From a virus: a DNA stretch of 64,000 bases. Below, piece after piece: positions 51,501-59,610 of this stretch. The position numbers and the translations under genes are program-made. The notes below the pieces were generated by a model. It was not told the origin of the DNA. It ran no database searches and saw nothing but the letters and a program-made list of their open reading frames with translations. The stretch is from positions 78,295-142,294 of the IMG/VR virus record IMGVR_UViG_3300020198_000887. One strand, written 5' to 3'. Within the stretch, counting starts at the first letter, position 1. Every line of letters starts with the position of its first letter.

Positions 51501-51559
51501 TGGAGTTTAATGCAGTACCACCCGTTGCAGCAAGCCCAACAATACCCCCTGGTGTATAA
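48545..51559 (+). CDS. gp20: Portal protein gp20 precursor containing an intein (mature ~583 aa)
   Basis: [73 protein letters not shown]. Confidence 0.95.
   Translation: [1004 protein letters not shown]
49559..50821 (+). mobile_element. Intein (421 aa) with HNH homing endonuclease, in the portal
   Basis: [17 protein letters not shown] (block A), [11 protein letters not shown] (block B), [16 protein letters not shown] (block G, Ser+1); [22 protein letters not shown] HNH motif. Confidence 0.92.
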
Positions 51560-51562
51560 ATA
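51555..51562 (+). promoter_or_regulatory. Late promoter TATAAATA overlapping the portal stop codon
   Basis: Exact consensus, 4 nt before ATG 51567. Confidence 0.65.
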
Positions 51563-51566
51563 CAGT

Positions 51567-51806
51567 ATGATTTTACGAGAACTTTTTTACATTGATCCAG
51601 ATACAAGGCGGCAAGCAAATGATTTGAGATATAGCCCTAACCGGGATATTGAAACAATGCATAGAACTGACACACGAAAAACTAGATTGACTTTAGGGCA
51701 AATCAATGAGCTTCGCAAAAATAGCGAAGCTCATATATTGGAACAAGAAAGTGAACTAGAATTTATTCATTCTATGTATGCCACCCCGGTATCACCTCCT
51801 GGATAA
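51567..51806 (+). CDS. Small hypothetical head-module protein (79 aa)
   Basis: Start revised to MILRELFYID (no overlap with portal); TRKTRLTLGQINELRK motif; between portal and core genes. Confidence 0.7.
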   Translation: MILRELFYIDPDTRRQANDLRYSPNRDIETMHRTDTRKTRLTLGQINELRKNSEAHILEQESELEFIHSMYATPVSPPG

Positions 51807-51906
51807 AAACATAAATAAAAAATGGGCCATTTTTTACGTATTATAGCACTATTTTTATAAGTAGTAGTAAATATAATACAGCCTTACTAATATACAGGAG
51901 ATTAAC

Positions 51907-52716
51907 ATGACTGATAGAGCACAATTTGAAGCTATGCTTGAAGCATTGATCAATGAAGATCAAGAAGCAGCAAAAGAAATTTTCCACAATATCGTTGTTG
52001 GAAAATCACGTGAAATTTATGAAGAATTACTAGAATCAGATTTTGGTGTAATTGATGAATCTGATAAAGACGACGATGATGACGAGGATGATGCTGAACA
52101 AGAATTAGCGAACCCATTTACATCTGACGAAGATGAATCTGACGACGATGAATCTGATGAAGATGACGAAGATGAAGATGACGAAGATGAATCTGACGAC
52201 GATTTGGAAAACCGGGTTTTAGACCTTGAAGAAGCACTTGAGGAATTAAAAGCTGAATTCGACGAATTGTTGGCTGGTGAAGAAAATGAACAAGAACATA
52301 CAGATATGTTCAACGATGAAGAAGATGAATTTGGCGGTGAATTATCTGATGATGACTCTGAAATTAAAGAAATTCATCATTTCCATCATGACGGCGACGA
52401 CTCTGATGCAGAATTTAACCAATTCATGGAATATGTTAATAAAGTTGCTCTTCCGAAACACGGCGAAAGTGGTGTACAAACAAAATCAGCTGTAGCTAGT
52501 AAAAATGATATGGGTGGCACTGCTGCAAACATTGCACAAAGTCGCGCCGCATCAAAAGGCGGCACACAAGGCGGTTTATTAAACCCAACAACAAAACCAC
52601 AAACTGGTGGTAATGTGAACGTTCCAGGTGCTAAATCAGCCACCAAATTAAAACCAGTTAGCAAAGTTTCTTCAGAAAAATCAGCTAACAGCAAAAGTAT
52701 TGTAGGTGGAAAATAA
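51907..52716 (+). CDS. Highly acidic prohead core-like protein
   Basis: A.EIFH.IVV.KSREIYE N-terminus, long D/E tract, basic C-terminus; SD AGGAG; position equivalent to T4 gp67/68. Confidence 0.6.
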   Translation: MTDRAQFEAMLEALINEDQEAAKEIFHNIVVGKSREIYEELLESDFGVIDESDKDDDDDEDDAEQELANPFTSDEDESDDDESDEDDEDEDDEDESDDDLENRVLDLEEALEELKAEFDELLAGEENEQEHTDMFNDEEDEFGGELSDDDSEIKEIHHFHHDGDDSDAEFNQFMEYVNKVALPKHGESGVQTKSAVASKNDMGGTAANIAQSRAASKGGTQGGLLNPTTKPQTGGNVNVPGAKSATKLKPVSKVSSEKSANSKSIVGGK

Positions 52717-52719
52717 AAA

Positions 52720-53346
52720 ATGTTATATCTCCGAGAAAATCTAAGTTTCAACGAAGCACAAATGGTCGTTGAATCTGATGACAGAGAAGGCAAAAATTTG
52801 TATATGTCGGGTATCTGCATACAAGGAGGAATTCGTAATGCAAATCAACGTGTATATCCTGTGAGCGAGATTAGCAAGGCTGTTAATACCCTTAACGATC
52901 AGATTCAAAACGGTTATTCAGTCCTCGGAGAAGTAGATCATCCAGATGATCTAAAAATTAACCTGGACCGTGTATCACATATGATAACCAATATGTGGAT
53001 GGACGGTCCAAATGGTTATGGTAAGCTAAAAATCCTACCAACCCCTATGGGACAACTAATTAAAACAATGCTGGAAAGTGGTGTTAAATTGGGTGTCTCC
53101 TCTAGAGGGTCTGGTAATGTCAGTAACAATGGAACAAACGAAGTATCAGATTTTGAGATCATCACAGTAGATATGGTGGCTCAACCTTCCGCACCAGGAG
53201 CATATCCTACACCAATATATGAACACTTATTGAATACAAGAGGTGGTTATAATACCTTACGCATAGCGAAAGAGGTGCAGGGTGATCCAATGGCGCAAAA
53301 ATATCTCAAAGAGAACTTATTAGGAATAATAAGTAGCCTCAAATAA
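52720..53346 (+). CDS. gp21: Prohead maturation protease
   Basis: NANQRVYP, LGEVDHP (His), LGVSSRGSG (Ser), DMVAQPSAPGA. Confidence 0.93.
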   Translation: MLYLRENLSFNEAQMVVESDDREGKNLYMSGICIQGGIRNANQRVYPVSEISKAVNTLNDQIQNGYSVLGEVDHPDDLKINLDRVSHMITNMWMDGPNGYGKLKILPTPMGQLIKTMLESGVKLGVSSRGSGNVSNNGTNEVSDFEIITVDMVAQPSAPGAYPTPIYEHLLNTRGGYNTLRIAKEVQGDPMAQKYLKENLLGIISSLK

Positions 53347-53361
53347 TAAGGGGAATCATAC

Positions 53362-54450
53362 ATGTTAGATGCATTAAACAAGTTATTTGAAAACAATGTG
53401 ATTTCTAGTGAGATTAAAGAATCAATTGAACAAGCTTGGGACCGTAAAATTCAAGAAAATCGCGACCAAGTAAGTCATCAATTGCGTGAAGAATTCGCAC
53501 AAAAATACGAGCACGATAAAAGCACCATGATTGAAGCAGTGGACCGTATGGTTACTGACTCATTGCGTGGTGAAATCGACGAGTTTGCTGAAGATCGTAA
53601 ACAATTAGCAGAAATGAAAGTTAAATATGCTAAAAAAATCACAGAAAGCGCTGATGTTATGAAGCAATTTGTAACACGTCAGTTAGTTGCTGAGGTTAAA
53701 GAATTACACGAAGATCAACTGCAAATGGCAAATAAATTTGGTGTATTGGAAAACTTCATCGTTGAAGCTTTAGCTCAAGAAATTACCGAGTTCTACAAAG
53801 ACAAACAAGATTTGGCCGAAACAAAAGTAAAATTACTTCGTGAAGGTCGTCAAGAAATCAAAAACGTGAAAGAAGAATTTGTTCAACGTGCTGCAAAAAT
53901 GGTTGAAAATGTTGTAAATACAGGATTACGTTCTGAAATTACTGCATTAAAAGAAGACATCGAAGCCGCCCGTAAACAAGAATTTGGACGTAAATTATTC
54001 GAAGCATTTGCTGCAGAATATCAAACCAGTTATCTGAATGAAAAGTCAGAAACTGCTAAATTACTCAAAGTCATAGACATGAAAGATTTGGCAATGCAAG
54101 AAGCAGCACGTGCTGTTGTCAAAGCAGAAAAAATCTTAGAAAGTAAACAAGCAGAAATTAGACAGCTTCAAGAAGCAACTGAAAGAAAAGAAATCATGTG
54201 TGAATTGCTAGCACCGTTAAATAGTGAACAGCGTTCAATTATGAGTGAAATAATGGAGAGTGTAAAAACCTCAAAATTAAATGAAAGTTTCGAAAAGTAT
54301 CTACCAGCGGTAATTGCTGGCAAGGCTCCTCAAAAGAGACAGGCACTAGTAGAGGCTAAAGAAATAACTGGAAACAAAATTTCCACAACAAATCGTAGCA
54401 GCGAAGCGGAATCAAATATCATAGATATCCGTAGACTCGCTGGGCTTTAA
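53362..54450 (+). CDS. gp22: Prohead scaffolding/core protein
   Basis: Coiled-coil, E/K-rich; FGRKLFEAFAAE; C-terminal IRRLAGL; between protease and capsid genes. Confidence 0.8.
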   Translation: MLDALNKLFENNVISSEIKESIEQAWDRKIQENRDQVSHQLREEFAQKYEHDKSTMIEAVDRMVTDSLRGEIDEFAEDRKQLAEMKVKYAKKITESADVMKQFVTRQLVAEVKELHEDQLQMANKFGVLENFIVEALAQEITEFYKDKQDLAETKVKLLREGRQEIKNVKEEFVQRAAKMVENVVNTGLRSEITALKEDIEAARKQEFGRKLFEAFAAEYQTSYLNEKSETAKLLKVIDMKDLAMQEAARAVVKAEKILESKQAEIRQLQEATERKEIMCELLAPLNSEQRSIMSEIMESVKTSKLNESFEKYLPAVIAGKAPQKRQALVEAKEITGNKISTTNRSSEAESNIIDIRRLAGL

Positions 54451-54467
54451 ATTTAAGGAGAAATTAA

Positions 54468-55628
54468 ATGTCAGAACTACTTAATGGCCGTTGGGCGGAA
54501 ACCAAAGAAGCCCTATTGGAAGGTCTACAAGGAACAAAAAAATCAGTAATGGGTGTAACATTAGAAAACACTCGTAAATATTTGATGGAATCACCAACCG
54601 CTGGTGCTACTTCAGCAGGTAACGTTGCAACTTTAAACCGTGTAATTTTACCAGTAATTCGTCGTGTAATGCCAACCGTTATCGCTAACGAGTTGGTTGG
54701 TGTTCAACCGTTAACTGGTCCAGTTGGCCAAATTAATACATTGCGTGTACGTTACGCAGAAAATGGCAATGGTGCAGTCGCTGGGGAAGAAGCGTTGAGC
54801 CCATTCAAAATTGCAGAAGCCTATTCAGGTGCGGCTAATGGCAAAGCAGCTTCAACCGCTTCATTAGAGGGTTCTGCTGGTAGCAAATTAAGCATTCAAT
54901 TATTGAAACAAACCGTCGAAGCAAAAACTCGTAAATTGAGTGCGCGTTGGACATTCGAAGCAGCACAAGATGCACAAGCTCAACAAGGTATTGACGTTGA
55001 AGCAGAAATCATGGGTGCACTAGCACAAGAAATTACTGCTGAAATCGACCAAGAAATCTTGGCTTCATTGTCTTCGTTGGCTGGTACAGCTTCACAAACA
55101 TATGATCAAGCAAACGTTTCTGGTACAGCCACGTTCGTTGGTGACGAACATGCTGCGTTGGCTATCCAAATCAACCGTGTTTCTAACTTGATTGCTCAAC
55201 GTACCCGTCGTGGTCCTGGCAACTGGGCTGTTGTATCTCCATTAGCATTGACAATTTTGCAATCTGCTACAACATCTGCATTTGCCCGTACTACCGAAGG
55301 TACATTCGAAGCTCCAACCAATACAAAATTCGTTGGTACTTTGAACAGCGCAATGAAAGTTTATGTAAACAGCTATGCTAATGACAACACTGCAGTGTTG
55401 GTAGGTTACAAAGGCCCATCAGAATCTGATGCAGCCGCATTCTACTGCCCATACATTCCGTTGATGTCATCTGGTGTTGTATTAGATCCATCAACATTCG
55501 AACCAACCGTTTCATTCATGACACGTTATGGTTATGTTGAATTAAGCAACACAGCATCATCTTTAGGTAATGCTGCTGATTACTTGGGTAAAGTTGCTAT
55601 TGCTGAAGGAAACGTCAAATTTAGCTAA
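54468..55628 (+). CDS. gp23: Major capsid protein
   Basis: LPVIRRVMPTVIANELVGVQPLTGPVGQI, VEAKTRKLSARWTFEAAQDAQAQQGIDVEAE, AFYCPYIPL, FMTRYG; strong SD AAGGAG. Confidence 0.96.
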   Translation: MSELLNGRWAETKEALLEGLQGTKKSVMGVTLENTRKYLMESPTAGATSAGNVATLNRVILPVIRRVMPTVIANELVGVQPLTGPVGQINTLRVRYAENGNGAVAGEEALSPFKIAEAYSGAANGKAASTASLEGSAGSKLSIQLLKQTVEAKTRKLSARWTFEAAQDAQAQQGIDVEAEIMGALAQEITAEIDQEILASLSSLAGTASQTYDQANVSGTATFVGDEHAALAIQINRVSNLIAQRTRRGPGNWAVVSPLALTILQSATTSAFARTTEGTFEAPTNTKFVGTLNSAMKVYVNSYANDNTAVLVGYKGPSESDAAAFYCPYIPLMSSGVVLDPSTFEPTVSFMTRYGYVELSNTASSLGNAADYLGKVAIAEGNVKFS

Positions 55629-55652
55629 GTTATACCTAGATATACAAACAAT

Positions 55653-55678
55653 AAAGCCACCTTCGGGTGGCTTTTTTT
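55653..55678 (+). terminator. Intrinsic terminator with cUUCGg loop after the capsid gene (bidirectional geometry)
   Basis: AAAGCCACC-TTCG-GGTGGCTTTTTTT between convergent genes. Confidence 0.9.
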
Positions 55679-55681
55679 GTT

Positions 55682-57121
55682 CTATGTTTTAATAGTAAAA
55701 ATGATGTTACCGCAATCCCAATACCGACGATACTTTGCGTTAAACATATTTTTAGATTCAGATAATGATGCATCAAACGATGGTAGAAATGACGATAAAT
55801 TATGTTTTTGTGTTTTATACCTACTAATAATAATATCACCATTCGTCCAACAATATCCAGGTTGTGAAATGCCTTCTTTTGTAAATCCTGCCGCAAGATA
55901 CCCTTGTCCATTTCCTTTGCTAAAATCACAATAGCTAACAATTACTGAATTCGGTAATTTCCCCTTTAAATACGATACCAGTTTACTAACCCCACCGATT
56001 ACGGTGATATCAGATTTTGTGCACATTCTCAAAATCTCGTAATCATACGCGGAATTATACCTAGATTTTCCTATTGACATCATCATAATTAAATCATCAG
56101 CCAAAAATAATCCAAACGCGATGTATGATGAAATAAAGCCTTGAATATGATATGTATTCAAAAAATCTTTCTCGGTTTCTTTGTCAATTTCTCTTATTAC
56201 ACATTTCCGCCCATGAATTCTTGAATTGATGCCTAACCGTGATTTAATCATCGATTTTATAATTGGTTTTTTAGTATGCCAGTCAAAGTCTGTTATATGC
56301 ATCAATGAATAACCAGCATTGTTTACTGAAATTGTTTTATTAAGATGTCGGTACCTATCTTCTGGTATTCCTAATTCTGGATGGTAGCTATGCCACCACA
56401 ACCCATTTAGTTCTATCGAAAGATTTGCCCTTGGTATCAGGATATCTAATTCTTTTGGGGAAATTAATGTCCTATTTGATATGTCTGTTGTAAATCCAAG
56501 GTCATTTATAAACGAAACAATTTCACATTCTTCAACTGACCGCATAGAAGATGGACGTATTGTAAAATTAAATTTTTTACAATACGACGAAACAGTAGTG
56601 TAATCAATTCCTAATTCGTATGCTATTTCACTTAATGAACGTTTTTTTATATTATATTCGTTGTCCAACCAGGCTTGATTTGACAATTTTTCATGAATTA
56701 CCGGTGATATTTTTGGCCGTTTCCAAATATCTTTCATATCATTTCGTTGACTATTGAATTCGACACCATATTTTTGAATCATCGTTTCTTTTCGTTTAGT
56801 ATTAGCCAGCTGCTTTTTTTCAGAAGGTGTATGCTCTTTAGTTTTGGAAACATTTTTTGAAATATTTTCTAATGTACATTTGCAATTGTTAGCCAACCCA
56901 CATCCAATAAACCCAGTACTTATTCTATCAAATTTTTTGATATTCCCATTCTTGCATATATTAGATTCTTGATACAACGCACTGAATATCATTGATGGCA
57001 AGTGCGCACTATCTATTAACGAATTAGTTAACACCCATTCTAACATACTAGGGTTTTTTAACACTAATTTAACATAATGTTTAGGTTTACATTTGATTAG
57101 ATTTAACAATTCTTCTTTCAT
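55682..57121 (-). CDS. Hef-like free-standing homing endonuclease (PD-(D/E)XK-type core) with C-terminal GNAT/Mom-like domain
   Basis: KETMIQKYGVE repeat, HTH (SLSEIAYELGIDYTTV), ELDILIP..NLSIELNGLWWHS..HLNKT core, then FLNTYHIQG..YEILRMC..GGVSKL..IVSYCD..GYLAAGF..WDCG; inverted within the head module. Confidence 0.75.
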   Translation of the reverse strand: MKEELLNLIKCKPKHYVKLVLKNPSMLEWVLTNSLIDSAHLPSMIFSALYQESNICKNGNIKKFDRISTGFIGCGLANNCKCTLENISKNVSKTKEHTPSEKKQLANTKRKETMIQKYGVEFNSQRNDMKDIWKRPKISPVIHEKLSNQAWLDNEYNIKKRSLSEIAYELGIDYTTVSSYCKKFNFTIRPSSMRSVEECEIVSFINDLGFTTDISNRTLISPKELDILIPRANLSIELNGLWWHSYHPELGIPEDRYRHLNKTISVNNAGYSLMHITDFDWHTKKPIIKSMIKSRLGINSRIHGRKCVIREIDKETEKDFLNTYHIQGFISSYIAFGLFLADDLIMMMSIGKSRYNSAYDYEILRMCTKSDITVIGGVSKLVSYLKGKLPNSVIVSYCDFSKGNGQGYLAAGFTKEGISQPGYCWTNGDIIISRYKTQKHNLSSFLPSFDASLSESKNMFNAKYRRYWDCGNIIFTIKT

Positions 57122-57149
57122 GATTAATGGGTTCGCATTCTATTACCTA

Positions 57150-57178
57150 CTTATACCATGAAAATGTAATTAATGCAA
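57150..57178 (-). promoter_or_regulatory. Possible sigma70 promoter for the endonuclease gene (TTGCAT-17-TATAAG, extended TG)
   Basis: Minus strand TTGCAT taattacattttcaTGg TATAAG, 29 nt upstream of the ATG. Confidence 0.45.
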
Positions 57179-57191
57179 CTAATGTTAAATA

Positions 57192-57199
57192 GATAAATA
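57192..57199 (+). promoter_or_regulatory. Putative late promoter GATAAATA
   Basis: TAAATA box ahead of a ~75-nt structured leader and gene 57278. Confidence 0.55.
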
Positions 57200-57200
57200 C

Positions 57201-57277
57201 CTAGTCATATAGAAACTACTAACGTAGATTTATGCTGTATTCCATAGCGTATGACCTAGAACGTCAAGGAGATAAAA
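57201..57277 (+). promoter_or_regulatory. Structured 5' leader, candidate cis-regulatory RNA
   Basis: Three-way junction plus a competing hairpin next to SD AAGGAG. Confidence 0.4.
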
Positions 57278-58225
57278 ATGGGAAGACCTCTTAGTAAAAA
57301 ATTTTTCGGTAACCGTAATATCGGTTCAACAAGTACAACTTCGGATAATGGTATCGGTGGGGAAGGTGTTGCTAGTGCAGCCATTAGCGTTGCTGGATCA
57401 TACACTACATTACCAACTTTTACGTTTACTGCCCCGCAATTGCCCAATGGGGTAACTGCAACCGGGGTTGTTGTTTCAGAAGTATTAAGCGCAACTATCA
57501 GTGGTGGTACAGGGTATGGAACATCACAAACGTTTGACTTAACTGTTACTACTGCTGGTGGCACAGCAATTATCAATGTAACATCAACCGCGGAAGGTGC
57601 AATTGATACTGTTAATAGCATTACAACACGTGGGACATTTACTTCATTGGGTCCTGTTACCAGTATTTCGGGCGGGATTGGTGATAATGCCGCAGTACCA
57701 GTGCTAATATTTCGTGCATCAGCCGTGACCATAACCGAATCTGGGTCCGGATATACATCAGCACCAACCATCGCTGGTTATACCAGTCGTGGCGGTATCA
57801 CTGTTAATGCAATTACATTGACAACTGATAGCGGAAATGTTGGTTCGTCAACTAACCAAGAAAATGCAATTCAAATTACAGCATGGGTTCCAGAAACTGG
57901 TGCTGCGGGTAATATTTCAGGTAATGGTACATCTGCAGTTACTGGTGATATTGTCCGTCAATGTGGTAGTAAAAAATACATTGTTAAAACTGCACAAGGT
58001 ATCGGTAGAGTATCATTGGTTGCTGCAACACCCGGCGCTGGTGAGGCAACAATTATTGCAATAGATGCAAATAATAACAATTATTATGTAACTAAACTAA
58101 CTACCCATAAAGCACAATTAACACAAATCGATGGTGGTTCAAATTATGTTTATTCATCAGGTGATTTTGCACAGTGGTCATTCGCCAATGCAAGTGGGTT
58201 AATTGTTAAAATAGAAAACGCGTAA
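57278..58225 (+). CDS. Virion structural protein (possible head decoration/whisker)
   Basis: MGRPLSKKFFG N-terminus, Thr/Gly-rich, ITESGSGYTSAPTI repeat; strong SD; first same-strand gene after the capsid gene. Confidence 0.65.
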   Translation: MGRPLSKKFFGNRNIGSTSTTSDNGIGGEGVASAAISVAGSYTTLPTFTFTAPQLPNGVTATGVVVSEVLSATISGGTGYGTSQTFDLTVTTAGGTAIINVTSTAEGAIDTVNSITTRGTFTSLGPVTSISGGIGDNAAVPVLIFRASAVTITESGSGYTSAPTIAGYTSRGGITVNAITLTTDSGNVGSSTNQENAIQITAWVPETGAAGNISGNGTSAVTGDIVRQCGSKKYIVKTAQGIGRVSLVAATPGAGEATIIAIDANNNNYYVTKLTTHKAQLTQIDGGSNYVYSSGDFAQWSFANASGLIVKIENA

Positions 58226-58235
58226 TGTTGTCACT

Positions 58236-58258
58236 GGGGGGAATACTTTCCCCCCTTT
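58236..58258 (+). terminator. Hairpin, weak terminator or mRNA stabiliser
   Basis: GGGGGGAA-TACT-TTCCCCCC-TTT. Confidence 0.55.
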
Positions 58259-58272
58259 AAAAGGATTTGTAA

Positions 58273-59247
58273 ATGTCAAGAATATTAAAAGTCAGTCAGA
58301 GTAATTATAGGGTAGCAGTACAATCTGGTGGCACTATTACTTTAGATACTGGATTAAACACCGGCGACGTTGTAATAACTGGTAACTTAACTGTTAACGG
58401 TAATTATACAACTATTAATGTGTCTGACATGAAAGTAGAAGATAACATTCTAGTTTTAAATAAGAATGAAGAAAATGCTGGAATAACACTTGGGCGTTCC
58501 GGTATAGAGATTGAGCGTGGTACACTTAGTAATGCACAATTGTTATTTGATGAAAATGTTCAGCACTGGGACCCAATAACATCTAGTTATATTGCTGGTA
58601 CATTTGTTGTAAAAACGGCGGATGGTGCGTTGTCGGGAGTACAAACTAGTGTTATTACAAATGACGGAACAACTGACATAGTATTTGATTTACAAGGTGG
58701 GCCAGGCGTATTATCGGTGGCACACAGCATCAGTAGTCTAGACGGATTAAACTACGAAGACCGGGTTACATTTGCGGATGCGATACCAAACAAAAAATGG
58801 GTGGAAGGATATATATCATCCGGTGCATATACTATTGGGATGGCAGATGTCGATAAATTATATAAAAAAGACGCACTCAACAATGAACGTTCTAGAGTTC
58901 AAGCATTACTTTCCGGGATTGACATTCGTGTTAATGATGTTAGACGAGCATATATAACAGCATCTGGACTTAATGTAGATAACATAAATATTTATTCTGG
59001 CACTATATCAAATACTTCTGCTACGAACTTAATTTTAACTGCTAATAATAAGCTAGTCGAAGTTGATGCAACCTTGGTACTCGACGACCAAAATGGTAAT
59101 ATACCAACGACAACGATTGGAAAAACAAAAGTGTATTCATTGGCTAATGTTGGACCAGGTAAATCTGGATTGTTTTTTAAAAATGTAAATCATTCAGATG
59201 AATTAATAGCTAAAAATAGAGCAGTATTATTTAGTATGCTTTTTTAA
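58273..59247 (+). CDS. Virion structural protein
   Basis: V.ITGNLTVNG..TT...EDNILVLNK...SGIEIERGT fibre-type motif; SD AAGGA. Confidence 0.65.
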   Translation: MSRILKVSQSNYRVAVQSGGTITLDTGLNTGDVVITGNLTVNGNYTTINVSDMKVEDNILVLNKNEENAGITLGRSGIEIERGTLSNAQLLFDENVQHWDPITSSYIAGTFVVKTADGALSGVQTSVITNDGTTDIVFDLQGGPGVLSVAHSISSLDGLNYEDRVTFADAIPNKKWVEGYISSGAYTIGMADVDKLYKKDALNNERSRVQALLSGIDIRVNDVRRAYITASGLNVDNINIYSGTISNTSATNLILTANNKLVEVDATLVLDDQNGNIPTTTIGKTKVYSLANVGPGKSGLFFKNVNHSDELIAKNRAVLFSMLF

Positions 59248-59256
59248 GGATAACAC

Positions 59257-59607
59257 ATGGCAATTTCAAACACAACTATTGCATCATCAAATACCGTAGT
59301 ATATACAAGTACCGGGAATAATGGCAATGCCATAACAACAATAATGGTATGCAATACGGCTACATATGACCCATTAAACCCAACCGCTGGACAAACCAAC
59401 TTATTTTTGTATATAGTCCCTGCTGCTGAAGTATCTGGGAATAACACACTGTTAAAACACACTGTGATAAATGGGTTGCCTATCCCAGCTGGTGAAACTG
59501 TGTCATTGGACCAGGAAAAAATTGTATTAGAACACAACGCTAAAATCATTGCGAAAAGTAGTAGTCCAGCAAATTTAGCAATTACAATTAGTTCATTGGA
59601 AGTATAA
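59257..59607 (+). CDS. Small virion structural protein
   Basis: 116 aa beta-rich; AITTIMVCN..IPAGETVSLDQEKIVL; SD AAGGA. Confidence 0.6.
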   Translation: MAISNTTIASSNTVVYTSTGNNGNAITTIMVCNTATYDPLNPTAGQTNLFLYIVPAAEVSGNNTLLKHTVINGLPIPAGETVSLDQEKIVLEHNAKIIAKSSSPANLAITISSLEV

Positions 59608-59610
59608 CAC

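Noticed and set aside
51817-51836. AAAAATGG-G-CCATTTTT inverted repeat as a terminator
   Set aside because: Stem is almost all A-T with too small a loop; not convincing
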